A DNA stretch of 64,000 nt from an uncultured Leptospirales bacterium (lineage in GTDB: Bacteria > Spirochaetota > UBA4802 > UBA5368), in the NCBI GenBank assembly GCA_964625625.1, contig CAZVEG010000004.1, forward strand, positions 11,612 to 75,611, written 5' to 3'. The notes below the pieces were generated by a model. The model made no database searches. It was not told the origin of the DNA and was given only the letters and a program-made list of their open reading frames with translations. This document shows positions 49,334 through 59,827 of the stretch, one piece after another. The translations under genes and the position numbers were made by a program. Position 1 is the first letter of the stretch, and each line of letters opens with the position of its first letter.

Positions 49334-50383
49334 ATGTTCGAGGATATTTTCGAGAAACCGGGCTTCTGGACGGGGCAGGGACCAAGCGGAGATGTCGTAC
49401 TGTCGACGAGGGTGCGACTGGCGAGGAACCTCGCGGCGGTGAGCTTTCCACGGCGTCAGGACGAGGGGGACCTGCGGCTCATCAACTCCGTTGTAGAGCG
49501 CTTCGCGTCCGATATCTCTTTCCATGAGGGGGCGAGGCTCCTCAGGCTCGACGGTCTGGACCCCGACGAAAAACGTTTCCTGCGCGAGAGAAACATAATC
49601 ACCGGCGAGATGGAGTCCGCACCCAACTGTTCGGTGGTCCTCGGGGAAAAACGGAATTTCGTGATCATGGTCAACGAGGAGGACCATTTCCGCATCCAGG
49701 TGATCAACCCGGGCTTCCAGGTGATGGAAACCTTCCGGCTCGCGGACAGGCTCGATGATGAGCTCAACCGGCTTGCCGCCTACGCGTATTCCGATGATTA
49801 CGGTTATCTGACCGCCTGTCCGTCAAACCTCGGTACCGGCCTTCGGGTTTCGGCCATGATGCACCTTCCCACGCTCACCTTCATGCGCTCCATCGCGGAC
49901 GTTACGCGGGTGGTCCGCGATTACGGTGCCGAGATGCGGGGCACGGCGGGAGACGGCGGCAAGACCGTCGCCTGTATGTACCAGATATCCAACCGCGTAT
50001 CGCTCGGCAGGTCCGAGGTGGACATCCTTGAAGAGCTCGACGAGGTGGCTTCCATGGTTATCGATATGGAGAACGAGGCGCGGGACGATTACCTCACGCA
50101 GTATTCGCGCCAGCTCGAGGACAGGATATGGCGCTCGTACGGGGTGCTGCGTCACTCACGCATCCTGAGCTACCCGGACGCCATGGAGCATCTTTCCAAC
50201 ATCCGGCTTGGTGTGATATTATCGATCATAAAAAATATTGATTTGCACAGAATAAATGATTTAATGGTTACAGTGCAGTGGTCACATCTGCAGAAGAGCG
50301 CCCGCAAGCTGTTTGGAAGCGCCTTCGATTGTGACAGCTACCGGGCCGATTTTCTGCGCGATCGGTTCATGCAGGCGGAGTAA
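49334..50383 (+). CDS. mcsB: Protein-arginine kinase McsB (ATP:guanido phosphotransferase family)
   Basis: VLSTRVRLARNLAAVSFP..., CPSNLGTGLR and phosphagen-kinase-like motifs; 349 aa. Confidence 0.88.
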   Translation: MFEDIFEKPGFWTGQGPSGDVVLSTRVRLARNLAAVSFPRRQDEGDLRLINSVVERFASDISFHEGARLLRLDGLDPDEKRFLRERNIITGEMESAPNCSVVLGEKRNFVIMVNEEDHFRIQVINPGFQVMETFRLADRLDDELNRLAAYAYSDDYGYLTACPSNLGTGLRVSAMMHLPTLTFMRSIADVTRVVRDYGAEMRGTAGDGGKTVACMYQISNRVSLGRSEVDILEELDEVASMVIDMENEARDDYLTQYSRQLEDRIWRSYGVLRHSRILSYPDAMEHLSNIRLGVILSIIKNIDLHRINDLMVTVQWSHLQKSARKLFGSAFDCDSYRADFLRDRFMQAE

Positions 50384-52861
50384 ATGGGAATGTACGATTT
50401 TACAAAACGGTCGAAGAAGGTACTCGAAGTGTACGCCCAGTCCGAGGGGCGACGCCTGAACTCCGATTCCCTGGGGCCGGAGCACATCTTCCTCGCGCTG
50501 TTGAAAGACGACGATTCCGTCGCCGCCCGCATACTGAAAAGCCTCGGGGTCAACTTCGATATGCTGAGGAAGAACATAGAGCAGTCCATCCGCAAGTCCG
50601 GAACCACCATCATTCTCGGCAACGTCCCCGTGAGCTCCCGCTACAACAAAATCATTGAAACGGCGCGCGAGGAGGCGCGCAGGCTCAAGAACAATTATAT
50701 CGGCACCGAGCATCTCCTCATGGCGATTTTCAAGGACGGTAGCTGCGCCGGGATAGACGACCTCGTCAAATCGGGGATCGAGTACGGTGTGCTCAGGACC
50801 GAGATACTGAAACTTCTCGGCATACAGTCGGTTTCGGTAAGCGGAGAGAAAATACCCGAAAAAACCAAAACCCCGACTCTCGACGAATTCGCCCAGAACC
50901 TCACGCAGCTCGCCTCCGAGGACAGGCTCGATCCCGTGGTGGGTCGCGCCAAGGAGATCGACAGGGTCATCCGCATCCTTTCACGCAAGACGAAGAACAA
51001 CCCGGTGCTCATCGGCGAGGCCGGCGTAGGGAAGACCGCCATCGTGGAGGGACTCGCCCAGCGCATAGTAACCAGGCAGGTGCCGGAACCGTTGCAGAAC
51101 AAGCGGGTGCTGGCACTCGATATCGCGGCGGTGGTGGCGGGCACAAAGTACCGCGGTGAATTCGAGGAGCGCCTCAAGCGGATAATGAAGGAGATCCGCT
51201 CGTCCGAAAACGTCATCATCTTCATCGACGAGCTGCACACGATCATAGGCGCGGGCGCGGCCGAGGGCGCGATCGACGCGGCCAACATCCTGAAACCCGC
51301 CCTCGCGCGCGGTGAGCTCCAGTGCGTGGGTGCGACGACGCTGAACGAGTACAAAATGCATATCGAAAAGGACGCCGCGCTGGAGCGCCGCTTCCAGACC
51401 GTTATAGTGAAGGAACCGACGATCGACGAGACGATCGAGATCCTCAAGGGGCTCCGCGCCCGCTACGAGACCCACCATATGGTAAGGTTTACCGACGAGT
51501 CGCTCCGCAAGGCGGTGCACCTCGCGAGCCGGTACATTCACGACCGTTTTCTTCCCGACAAGGCGATAGACCTCATTGACGAGGCGGGCTCCAAGGCCCG
51601 GCTCGAAAACTGTGACAAGCCCTCCAGCATAAAGGAGCTCGAAGACGAGATCAACGCGCTCAACGACCGCAAGAACGATCTCGTGAAGTCACAGGAGTAC
51701 GAGGAAGCGGCCGCGCTTCGCGACGTCATCCGTGAGAAGAAGAACGTCCTGACGGCGAAAACCGGAGACTGGCAGCACAAGGCAAACGAGTACGCGATTG
51801 TGGTCGATTCCGAGCAGATAGCGGACATCGTCATGCAGTGGACGGGCATCCCGCTGGAACGGCTCGAGGAGACCGAAACGCGGCGGCTCCTGCGAATGGA
51901 GGACGAGCTCCACCGGCGCATAATCGGACAGGACGAGGCCATCAAGGTGATAAGCCGGGCGATACGCCGCTCGCGAACCGGGCTGCGAAGCGGCAGGCGA
52001 CCCATCGGCTCCTTCATCTTCCTGGGGCCTACCGGCGTAGGTAAGTCAGAGCTCGCCCGCACCCTCGCCGGGTTTCTCTTCGAAGACGAGAACGCCCTCA
52101 TCAGGCTCGATATGTCCGAATACATGGAAAAACACTCGGTCTCGCGCATCATCGGGGCGCCTCCGGGCTACGTGGGCTACGACGACGGGGGTCAGCTCAC
52201 CGAGAAGATAAAGCGCAAGCCCTATTCGGTCGTGCTGTTCGACGAGATAGAGAAGGCCCACCCCGACGTGTTCAACATCCTCCTCCAGGTGCTCGAGGAG
52301 GGCGAGCTCACCGACAGTTTCGGTTCGTCCATCAGCTTCAGGGACGCGGTCATCATCATGACCTCGAACGTCGGCAACCGCGAATTCCAGAGAATGGGGA
52401 AAATGGGGTTTTCCGGGGAGCGGACCGCCGCAGAGGACGGGCGCGAAAAAGTGTACGACGAGCTCAAACACCTCTTCAGCCCGGAGTTTCTCAACCGTAT
52501 CGACGAGGTCGTGTATTTTCACCGGCTCGACCAGAAGCATATACGCAAGATCGTTGACCTCATGCTCCGCGAACTGAACGAACGTCTTCGCGAGCGGGAC
52601 ATTGAGCTTGTATTTTCGCCCGCGGCCAAACGGCATCTCGCCGAAAAGGGCTTTGACGAGAAGTTCGGTGCGCGCTATCTGCGGAGGATCGTTCAGAGCG
52701 AGATCGAGGATGCGCTGGCGATGGAGCTGCTCAGGGGCAGTCTTGGCGGCAGCACCCGGATACGTGTCTCGGTGAAATCCCGTTCGATCAGCTTCAAGCC
52801 CGTTCTGGACGGTCCGTCAAAACCCGAAAAACCCGCCAGGGAACCCGCCGGTGTTTCCTGA
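50384..52861 (+). CDS. clpC: ATP-dependent Clp protease ATP-binding subunit ClpC
   Basis: Two Clp_N repeats, AAA-1 ([10 protein letters not shown]), an internal UVR motif ([17 protein letters not shown]), and AAA-2 ([12 protein letters not shown]); 825 aa. Start abuts the mcsB stop. Confidence 0.9.
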   Translation: MGMYDFTKRSKKVLEVYAQSEGRRLNSDSLGPEHIFLALLKDDDSVAARILKSLGVNFDMLRKNIEQSIRKSGTTIILGNVPVSSRYNKIIETAREEARRLKNNYIGTEHLLMAIFKDGSCAGIDDLVKSGIEYGVLRTEILKLLGIQSVSVSGEKIPEKTKTPTLDEFAQNLTQLASEDRLDPVVGRAKEIDRVIRILSRKTKNNPVLIGEAGVGKTAIVEGLAQRIVTRQVPEPLQNKRVLALDIAAVVAGTKYRGEFEERLKRIMKEIRSSENVIIFIDELHTIIGAGAAEGAIDAANILKPALARGELQCVGATTLNEYKMHIEKDAALERRFQTVIVKEPTIDETIEILKGLRARYETHHMVRFTDESLRKAVHLASRYIHDRFLPDKAIDLIDEAGSKARLENCDKPSSIKELEDEINALNDRKNDLVKSQEYEEAAALRDVIREKKNVLTAKTGDWQHKANEYAIVVDSEQIADIVMQWTGIPLERLEETETRRLLRMEDELHRRIIGQDEAIKVISRAIRRSRTGLRSGRRPIGSFIFLGPTGVGKSELARTLAGFLFEDENALIRLDMSEYMEKHSVSRIIGAPPGYVGYDDGGQLTEKIKRKPYSVVLFDEIEKAHPDVFNILLQVLEEGELTDSFGSSISFRDAVIIMTSNVGNREFQRMGKMGFSGERTAAEDGREKVYDELKHLFSPEFLNRIDEVVYFHRLDQKHIRKIVDLMLRELNERLRERDIELVFSPAAKRHLAEKGFDEKFGARYLRRIVQSEIEDALAMELLRGSLGGSTRIRVSVKSRSISFKPVLDGPSKPEKPAREPAGVS

Positions 52862-52906
52862 GGCGGGCGAACCGCGAAGCGTCCGATCGGCTTAATTTCC
52901 CCTGTC

Positions 52907-54181
52907 ATGCGAAAGAAAAATCGAACCAACCGGCCACGTGACGATAAACGCGGTGCCGACGGCGCTCTGCCACGGGCTTTGAAGGCCGGCAGGCAGGCGA
53001 GAGAAGCGCTGGCACGCCTGAAAAACAGGTTTCTTCTTCCCGGTTTTCTGAGCGAAATGAGGCGTCTGCGGATCGGGGGGCTTTCGGGCGGAAACCGGGT
53101 GAGGCTTCTTACCACGGGCGATGCCTGTTTCGACGAATTCGTCGGCGCCATAAACGCCGCGCGGTGGAGTGTCAATCTCGAAACCTATATATTCAACAGC
53201 GACGCGGTCGGGTGGATGATCGCCGAACTTCTGGTTAAGAAGGCGAAGAAGGGAGTGGAGGTCAACGTAATCTACGACGCGGTCGGCTGTCTCGGCACCT
53301 CCCCGGCCCTGTTTGCTTTCATGCGCTCGGGCGGCGTTGAACTCATAGAATTCCATCCGGTTATCCCCTGGAGAAAGTACTTCAACCTCGACATGCGTGA
53401 CCATCGCAAGCTCCTGGTGGTCGACGGGCGGATCGCGTTCGTGGGCGGGATGAACATCGGCAACGAATACGCGGGTCGCAAGTACCGGGGCGGAGACTGG
53501 CGCGACACCCACCTGCGCATAGAGGGCCCGGCCGTCCGTGACGTACAGTTTTTCTTCTTCGAAAACTGGTACCGCTACGGCGGCGCGGTCATCGATATCT
53601 CCCGGCACTTTCCAAACATGGACGAACCGGGAAGGAAGCTCCTCATGGTGCTTTGCAGCAAGTCGCGAAGGCAGGTGAAGCCGATACAGGAGTCGTATAT
53701 CTCCGCCATCAATTTCGCCAAGCAGTCGATTTACATCACCAACGCCTATTTCATTCCCGATGCGAGGATATACCGGGCGCTGGTTCGCGCGGTGAAACGC
53801 GGTGTTGATGTGCGGCTGCTGCTGCCGGGGAAGAGCGACCTGGCGATCGTTCAGCACGCGAGCCGCTACCTTTACAAACGATATCTGAAGCACGGCATCC
53901 GCGTGTACGAATATACGCGCTCGGTGCTGCACGCCAAGACGGCGGTGATCGACGGCATCTGGTCGACCGTTGGTTCGTCGAACATCGACCGGCGCAGCTT
54001 TTCGCGTAACCTCGAGATCAACGCCATCATCCTCGACCAGCCGTTCGGTGATGAAATGGAGAGGGTGTTCTTCTCGGATTTGAGGAAGAGCGTGGAGTTA
54101 CGGCTCGAGAACTGGAGAAAACGTTCGGTGTGGAACTTTCTTTCAGAATGGTTTTTTTATCGTTTCCGCAACCTGTTCTGA
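52907..54181 (+). CDS. Phospholipase-D-family cardiolipin synthase (ClsB-like, two HKD motifs)
   Basis: HKD motif 1 HRKLLVVDGRIAFVGGMNIGNEY and motif 2 HAKTAVIDGIWSTVGSSNID. The true start may be further downstream. Confidence 0.8.
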   Translation: MRKKNRTNRPRDDKRGADGALPRALKAGRQAREALARLKNRFLLPGFLSEMRRLRIGGLSGGNRVRLLTTGDACFDEFVGAINAARWSVNLETYIFNSDAVGWMIAELLVKKAKKGVEVNVIYDAVGCLGTSPALFAFMRSGGVELIEFHPVIPWRKYFNLDMRDHRKLLVVDGRIAFVGGMNIGNEYAGRKYRGGDWRDTHLRIEGPAVRDVQFFFFENWYRYGGAVIDISRHFPNMDEPGRKLLMVLCSKSRRQVKPIQESYISAINFAKQSIYITNAYFIPDARIYRALVRAVKRGVDVRLLLPGKSDLAIVQHASRYLYKRYLKHGIRVYEYTRSVLHAKTAVIDGIWSTVGSSNIDRRSFSRNLEINAIILDQPFGDEMERVFFSDLRKSVELRLENWRKRSVWNFLSEWFFYRFRNLF

Positions 54182-54194
54182 GAGATGCCGAAAG

Positions 54195-54216
54195 GCGCCC
54201 GGTTTCCCGGGCGCCG
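54195..54216. terminator. GC-rich hairpin between convergent genes (terminator-like, no T-tract)
   Basis: GGCGCCCGG-tttc-CCGGGCGCC, a perfect 9-bp stem between the cls and EIIA-Ntr genes. Confidence 0.5.
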
Positions 54217-54223
54217 CTCATCG

Positions 54224-55042
54224 TCAGAGAATGATCAGAAACCTGCCGCAGTGAGTGCAAACCGAAATGCCCTTGGATTCCTTTATCTGCTTGAGATAAA
54301 TCGGCGGGATCTCGAGATGGCAGCCGCTGCAGCTGCTCTTGTCGACGATGGCGAATGGATTCTGGCACTTCTTGCGCATGCGCTCGTAATAGGTGAGCGA
54401 TCGGTTGTCGATGAGCTTGCGCAGCCCTTCGATTTTTTTGCCGGTCGAGTCGATGCTCTTGTCTTCGTCGTAGAGATGGTAAAGGCTGTCGAGGCGGATG
54501 AGGAGGTCCAGATCGGAAGAGGGAACGCCTGAGAGGTTAACGTTGCTTTCGGACCCCGGTTCCTCCTTCTGCGAGATGCTCTCGAAGTACTGTTTGGCGT
54601 CCTTCGCGAGTTTCGAGTAGACCTTTGCGGGCGTTGCCGCCTCGTCGAGCTCCTTTCGTTTCTCAGCGTTCGAGAATATCCGGGCCATCATTCCGACCAG
54701 GTAGAGATACTTGGTGCTCATGTCCGTAGGGAAAATGCTGAGCAGAACATAGCGTACCGGGGCATTGTCGATGGACTGATAATCGATACCCTCGGTGGAA
54801 ACGCCGAGTATGGAAATGAAGTCGTGCACCGAATCGGTCCTGGCGTGCGGAATGGCGAGTCCCGCTCCGATGCCGGTATTCTCGAGCGATTCGCGATGGA
54901 TCACCTGCGCGTAATAACGGTCGGAATGTTCGATGCGCCCGAGTTTTTCCAGGCGCTGGAGCATCTCTTTTATAACCATCTGTTTTTCTGTGTTCTTCAG
55001 GAAGAAAACCTGCGTCTTATCAAGATAATTTTCAAGAATCAT
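54224..55042 (-). CDS. PtsN-like PTS EIIA(Ntr) domain fused to a coiled-coil C4 zinc-ribbon domain
   Basis: N-terminal EIIA-2 domain with the phospho-acceptor His (GIGAGLAIPHAR). C-terminal zinc ribbon CSGCHLEIP...CTHCGRFL (zf-RING_7/DUF164-like). Start at MILENYL (ATG at 55042) with GGGAGG upstream. Confidence 0.65.
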   Translation of the reverse strand: MILENYLDKTQVFFLKNTEKQMVIKEMLQRLEKLGRIEHSDRYYAQVIHRESLENTGIGAGLAIPHARTDSVHDFISILGVSTEGIDYQSIDNAPVRYVLLSIFPTDMSTKYLYLVGMMARIFSNAEKRKELDEAATPAKVYSKLAKDAKQYFESISQKEEPGSESNVNLSGVPSSDLDLLIRLDSLYHLYDEDKSIDSTGKKIEGLRKLIDNRSLTYYERMRKKCQNPFAIVDKSSCSGCHLEIPPIYLKQIKESKGISVCTHCGRFLIIL

Positions 55043-55383
55043 TTGTCCGATTGCCTCCCTCGTTGAACTCAGTCTACCACAAAAAGACAAAAATACTCGT
55101 TCGAAATAATGCAGACCCCGCTTTCAGCCGTGCACGGAGAAACATGCCGTCAATTTTGAAAATGGCGGCGAAATATCGCTCCAATGTTTTCCCTGGGTGC
55201 TACGTGTTGTAACGATGGCTCGGCCGAGATCACGATGACGGTGGACGGTCTGTTATAATGCCGCGGCACGGCGATTGTATGGCGGGATTTCTCTCTTCCG
55301 GTCGACGACGGCGATGCTATATAACAGTCACTCTCCATCAGAGAGATGCTCTCCCTTGCGATACGAAGATTGGAATTCAAGCT

Positions 55384-55458
55384 TCGGGGCGAGAGGATTT
55401 GAACCTCCGACCCCATGACCCCCAGTCATGTGCGCTAACCGGACTGCGCTACGCCCCG
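55384..55458 (-). tRNA. tRNA-Pro (anticodon GGG)
   Basis: Reverse complement gives CGGGGCGTAGCGCAGTCCGGTTAGCGCACATGACTGGGGGTCATGGGGTCGGAGGTTCAAATCCTCTCGCCCCGA. 7-bp acceptor stem, D-arm, anticodon stem CATGA/TCATG with loop CTGGGGG (anticodon GGG, G37), and T-loop TTCAAAT. CCA is not encoded. Confidence 0.85.
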
Positions 55459-55576
55459 TGCTTTGAAAGCGACCAAAGTATACTTTCGCCCGCCCGAGTG
55501 TAAACAAAAATATTGCGAACGGGCGCAAAAAATAAAATCTTTGAAGGATGTGGCTCTATAAAACGGAACGTCCGGC

Positions 55577-56236
55577 TCATTTGAAGACATCTCCCGCCTC
55601 CCTGTACCACAGCACGAAGTCGAGATGAGCGAGTGGAATGAGGATTTCCTTCGCGAAGGCTTTCATCCGGTTCTCGATTTCGAAGTATCGCCGGGGCGTG
55701 AGAGAGTGTGGGATTCCGGGAATAACACCCGACAAAACCAGATTTTTCAGAACATGGCGGTCGAGGATGGCGAGGTTTTCGCCGAAGCCGGTGTTACGCA
55801 GAAAGTGACTCGCTTCCTTCCATCCCATCCCCTTCACGTTCGTCGCCAGGAAGCGCCTGCGCTCGAATACATCGGGAATGGACTCGAGCACGCTCTTGAT
55901 TTTCATTTCACCGTGCGAACTGAAAAGAGCGCGGGCGCGGACCACGTATGAAGCCTTGTTGTTCCGGAAGCGCACCATGTTGATGCGTTCGCTGATCTCC
56001 TCGCACCGGCCGCTGAATACCAGGTCGTTCGCCTTCAGGATTTCCACCGCGTCCCAGCAGCGATGGGCCGATGATTGAGGGGTAAAGAGGCAGAATACGA
56101 GCTCGCAGAAGATATCCTCGTCGCTGCCTTTTCGCCATACGGCCCTGAAGCGCGCGAGCTGCCGCTCTATATCGGGGCGAATCGCCCGATGGATGGCGCG
56201 GAGTTCGGCGAGCAATTCACGGGAATAAGGCTGCAT
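55577..56236 (-). CDS. ogg: N-glycosylase/DNA lyase (Ogg2-type 8-oxoguanine DNA glycosylase)
   Basis: 219 aa. VKGMGWKEASHFLRNTGF...AILDRHV contains the HhH-Gly/Pro plus catalytic Lys and Asp arrangement of Ogg2-family enzymes. Confidence 0.65.
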   Translation of the reverse strand: MQPYSRELLAELRAIHRAIRPDIERQLARFRAVWRKGSDEDIFCELVFCLFTPQSSAHRCWDAVEILKANDLVFSGRCEEISERINMVRFRNNKASYVVRARALFSSHGEMKIKSVLESIPDVFERRRFLATNVKGMGWKEASHFLRNTGFGENLAILDRHVLKNLVLSGVIPGIPHSLTPRRYFEIENRMKAFAKEILIPLAHLDFVLWYREAGDVFK

Positions 56237-56253
56237 GGTGACGGAGGGATCCG

Positions 56254-57279
56254 CTATCGGCGCTGCTCGACGACGACACGGAAGCCTATGCTGCTGTAGC
56301 GGCTGGATGGAGCTTCGCTCGATCGCGTTGCGGAGCGTAGATCATCGGCACCGCTTGACCATGCCCCCCCCCGCATCACGCGCTCCGTGCCGGCGGCCGG
56401 CCCCCGGGGGTTCCTCGCCGGGGCGGTGGCGTAGTAGTCATCGGCATACCAGTCCATGCACCATTCCCATACATTGCCGTTCATATCATACAGCCCCAGG
56501 TTGTTGTGGTCCCGTCGTGCACATGGCTGAGTTTCGCCGGTCGCGTTCTGTTCGTACCAGCAGTAACCGAGATCGAGTTCCTCGCCCCAGTAATACCTGG
56601 TCGTGGAGCCCGCGCGGCAGGCATATTCCCACTCCGCCTCGTAAGGCAGCCGGGCCTTAACGCCGTAACGGGTTCCGAAGCGCCGGCAGAATTCCATCGC
56701 CTCGTCCCAGGTGACTTTTTCAACGGGAAGGTTCTCGCCTATGAAGTAGCTGGGGCTGTCGTTCATGACCGCCTTGAACTGCTCCTGCGAAACTTCATGT
56801 AGCCCGATGAAGAAACCGTCCACGCTTACGCGGTGCTGCGGGTGTTCGGAGCCATTGCCGTCCCCCTCGGGCGAACCCATCAGGAACTCCCCGCCCCGTA
56901 CGAGCACGAACGACATGCCGCCGATCACCCGCACCTCGCCCTGGACCTTCGCGGCTTCAACCTTCTGCGGGCCTCTGCCGCGGAAAACGCCCATTCCCGG
57001 CCTGACCGCATCAATGCTTCCCCTGACGACGCGGCATTTGCCCATCGTCTGCATCGGGTAGTATACCTGGAGCACGACGATTCCCTGCTCGGTTTCCACG
57101 TATACCGGCACGCCCATGGTGAGGTTTTCCCCGATTTTCCCGGAGATTATGATTTCATTCCCCTGGATTTTATGGACGCGGGCGACCGGCGCGGCCTGGC
57201 CGAAAAGTCCGTCACCCGTAAACACGGCAACGGCACACAGTGTTAAAGTGGAGAGTATCAGCGCTGTCGTTCTCTTCAT
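56254..57279 (-). CDS. Formylglycine-generating-enzyme (SUMF1/FGE-sulfatase) fold protein, secreted
   Basis: Signal peptide. FGE domain motifs GGEFLMGS, RLPYEAEWEYACRAGSTTRYYWG, GLYDMNGNVWEWCMDWY, RVMRGGAWSS. Confidence 0.75.
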   Translation of the reverse strand: MKRTTALILSTLTLCAVAVFTGDGLFGQAAPVARVHKIQGNEIIISGKIGENLTMGVPVYVETEQGIVVLQVYYPMQTMGKCRVVRGSIDAVRPGMGVFRGRGPQKVEAAKVQGEVRVIGGMSFVLVRGGEFLMGSPEGDGNGSEHPQHRVSVDGFFIGLHEVSQEQFKAVMNDSPSYFIGENLPVEKVTWDEAMEFCRRFGTRYGVKARLPYEAEWEYACRAGSTTRYYWGEELDLGYCWYEQNATGETQPCARRDHNNLGLYDMNGNVWEWCMDWYADDYYATAPARNPRGPAAGTERVMRGGAWSSGADDLRSATRSSEAPSSRYSSIGFRVVVEQRR

Positions 57280-57308
57280 TCTTCCGGTCCTCGCAAGGCG
57301 TTGTCGGT

Positions 57309-58808
57309 TCAGAGCTTGAATTCAATCTTCGCTTCTTCCGTGGAAAGCGAATCGGGAAATTTTTCTACCAGAGTGCGGACGATCGTAAGCGCCCTTTCCT
57401 CCCTGCCCATCGAACGATAGGTCCGCGCGAGGCCCAGGTAGGCCTCGGCGCGCGTCATGGCGTCCGGATAGCGTCCGATCAGCGTTTCGAAGCAGGCGAC
57501 GGCCTCGTCGTGCCGTTTGAGATAAAACTGCAGAATATGGCCCTTGCGATAATACGCCATGTTCGCGAATTCCGATTCCTCATATCGCCCGATGAACTCC
57601 TGGTATTTTGCCAGCGCCGCCTCCCAGTCGTTTTTCTGTTCGAACGCGAACGCTTCCTGGAGCAGGCGCTGGCTGATCCGTTCCATGCGGAGCGTCAGCA
57701 CGGCCGTCTTCCCCGGAAGCACCTCGACCTCGCCGGTGCCGGGTTCATGTTCGGGGGCGGCTGTCTTCACCGCGTGACGGCCGGTTTTAAGGGTAAGGGT
57801 GAGCGGGGATTTACCCGCGCTCTCGCCGTCTATAAAGACTTCGGCACCGGAGGGTGTTGTCGTAATGGTCGCGGTTCCCGTGCGTTTGTTGATGGCGTCG
57901 GCCACCTCGCGGGCGATACGACGGGCAAGCGGCCGCAATGCATCGGGATTTCCCACCTCGGTGTAACCCGAATGAATGGTCCTGCCGCTTCCAGTATTGA
58001 CCACACGGTAGCCCACGCTTATGATGTCGCTGAAGACGCGTATTTCTCCTTCCAGTTTGTGAGCGATTCCCCTCACGTTGAAATAACCGGTCGAATTATC
58101 GTTTTCGATCACCCCGGCCATCTCGAGGGCCTTTTCGTTGATGACCGATTTCAGGTGCGTTCGCTCGATGACCGCGATATCGCCGAGCGCTCCGAGCTCG
58201 CTGTTGAGGATTTCGGCGAATGGACCGCTGATTCCCGTCTCATACGCGGCCGGGTTGGAATCGCCGAAACGGAAGACCGCGATCGTCGGACTGTCTTTGG
58301 CCGCGGTCTCGCGCGAGGCGAGATTTTCCCCGGTCAGCGTGATGTCCGTGTCGCGCCCGATATACGAGCAGGCCGAATCGAGGCTGTAGGTCCCGCAACC
58401 GGCGGAATGTATGATCGTCCAGTTTTCGATATTGACGGAGCGCGCGTCCACCTCGTAGCGGCCGCCGATAAGCGCCACCGATCCAACCGTCAGATGGGTG
58501 ATTTTAAGGCGTTTGCCCGCCGCGTCAACCGGGCCGGTGTCTCCGAGGCCCGCCTGCGCGAGAGTAAGGCTTTCGAGAAAGGCGGCGATCTCGCCGCCCT
58601 TTCGAAGAGCGAAATGCGGTGAGGCACTCATCGACTGCTCGATGTGACGCGCGGCCTCGCTTCCGATCCCCGATTCGTCCGCCCCGGCGTTAAGATTTTC
58701 GAAGGGAGCGACCGCGAAACGGACCGTATCGTCCTGTGTGAGTGCGGTTCCCCCGAGGGCGAGCGTACATGCCGTCAGGATGATATATATTTTCGTTCTC
58801 ATGATCAA
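57309..58808 (-). CDS. Lipoprotein with two CsgG/LpoB/TolB-N-like domains, a PEGA domain and C-terminal TPR repeats
   Basis: Lipobox (ILTACTLALGG). Two about-150-aa repeats beginning FAVAPFENLN and IAVFRFGDSN. PEGA-like segment (TATITTTPSGAEVFIDGESAGKSPLTL). C-terminal TPRs. Confidence 0.6.
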   Translation of the reverse strand: MIMRTKIYIILTACTLALGGTALTQDDTVRFAVAPFENLNAGADESGIGSEAARHIEQSMSASPHFALRKGGEIAAFLESLTLAQAGLGDTGPVDAAGKRLKITHLTVGSVALIGGRYEVDARSVNIENWTIIHSAGCGTYSLDSACSYIGRDTDITLTGENLASRETAAKDSPTIAVFRFGDSNPAAYETGISGPFAEILNSELGALGDIAVIERTHLKSVINEKALEMAGVIENDNSTGYFNVRGIAHKLEGEIRVFSDIISVGYRVVNTGSGRTIHSGYTEVGNPDALRPLARRIAREVADAINKRTGTATITTTPSGAEVFIDGESAGKSPLTLTLKTGRHAVKTAAPEHEPGTGEVEVLPGKTAVLTLRMERISQRLLQEAFAFEQKNDWEAALAKYQEFIGRYEESEFANMAYYRKGHILQFYLKRHDEAVACFETLIGRYPDAMTRAEAYLGLARTYRSMGREERALTIVRTLVEKFPDSLSTEEAKIEFKL

Positions 58809-59587
58809 CCCCCCTGTTTCCCCAGATTCGCAATCCAGAGCTTGACCGCGTTACGATCGGGAGCGCCGGGGGTTTTTTCCAGATAGCGCGTATAGTATTC
58901 ACGCGCGCGGGAAGGATTTTTGAGTTTCAGCTCGTAGATGATTCCGAGGTTCTTGTAAACGGCGGTGAAATCCGGCCGAAGCGCCACCACGCGCAGAAGG
59001 GCTTTCTCCGCCTCGGCCGGCCGGTTCAGCTGATAATTGATGACGCCCATATTGTTGAAGGCCTGGAAGTTTTTTGGATCGAGTTTTACGGTCGTTTCAT
59101 ACCCGGAGAGCGCCGCCGGGTAGTTTTTCCTTTTGTATTGCAGATTTCCCATCTCGAAATGGGCGTCGGCCATTCGCGCGTCGAGCGCAAGGGCCTTGCG
59201 GAGCTCGGACTCGGCCTCCTCCAGTCTGCCGGAGGCCAGGTACGATTTCCCGAGCAGGTAGTAGGCGCGGGCCTGGTTGGGATAATACTTGATGGACTCC
59301 CGCGCCGACCTGACCGCGTTTGCCGTGTCGCCCTTGTCGGATTCTATTTCCGATATCTTCTGATAAATCTCGGACCGTTCGAAGTCGTCCTTTGCCTTCG
59401 GGACGGACTCTTTCAGCATGCGAAGCTCTCGGTTTACCGCGGCTTTATCGGCGATTCGTGCGCTCTTCTCCAGCAGTGCGGCATCGTCCTTTGAACAGTG
59501 AAGCGGGGCGATAATGCATATGATTACAGCGATGGAAAGGATAGCCGGCGTTTTATTGGACCGTCCCATAATCTTTCCGCCTTTCAT
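58805..59587 (-). CDS. TPR-repeat lipoprotein
   Basis: Signal peptide/lipobox (ILSIAVIICIIAPLHC), then TPR repeats (AYYLLGKSYLASGRLEEAESELRKALALD...). Stop overlaps the downstream gene's start by 4 nt. Start is ambiguous (59587 or 59569). Confidence 0.6.
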   Translation of the reverse strand: MKGGKIMGRSNKTPAILSIAVIICIIAPLHCSKDDAALLEKSARIADKAAVNRELRMLKESVPKAKDDFERSEIYQKISEIESDKGDTANAVRSARESIKYYPNQARAYYLLGKSYLASGRLEEAESELRKALALDARMADAHFEMGNLQYKRKNYPAALSGYETTVKLDPKNFQAFNNMGVINYQLNRPAEAEKALLRVVALRPDFTAVYKNLGIIYELKLKNPSRAREYYTRYLEKTPGAPDRNAVKLWIANLGKQGG

Positions 59588-59785
59588 GTAATTGCTGCTC
59601 GTATCAATGTCCTGATGGTAACACCGTCGGGGTATCAAGATAATCCGGTACCGCAGCATGTCTATTCAACAGACAAATTACGCGGTGTCAACATTATTCC
59701 GTGAGCATACATAAATGAGTACGGACCCGTGCGGAAGACTGACGGAATTACGGGGGATCGCTAAAACGCGATTGCGGACAAACAA

Positions 59786-59807
59786 AAACCCGCCTTTCGG
59801 CGGGTTT
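59786..59807. terminator. Bidirectional rho-independent terminator
   Basis: aaaaAAACCCGCC-tttc-GGCGGGTTTtaaa: a 9-bp stem with A- and T-tracts, just downstream of lipoprotein copy 1. Confidence 0.8.
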
Positions 59808-59827
59808 TAAACCATGCGAATGAAGTT

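Noticed and set aside
55252-55260. TGTTATAAT extended -10-like element on the plus strand upstream of the tRNA region
   Set aside because: No plus-strand gene lies downstream; both the tRNA and ogg are on the minus strand, and no -35 element is positioned for it. Probably a chance match in AT-richer spacer.
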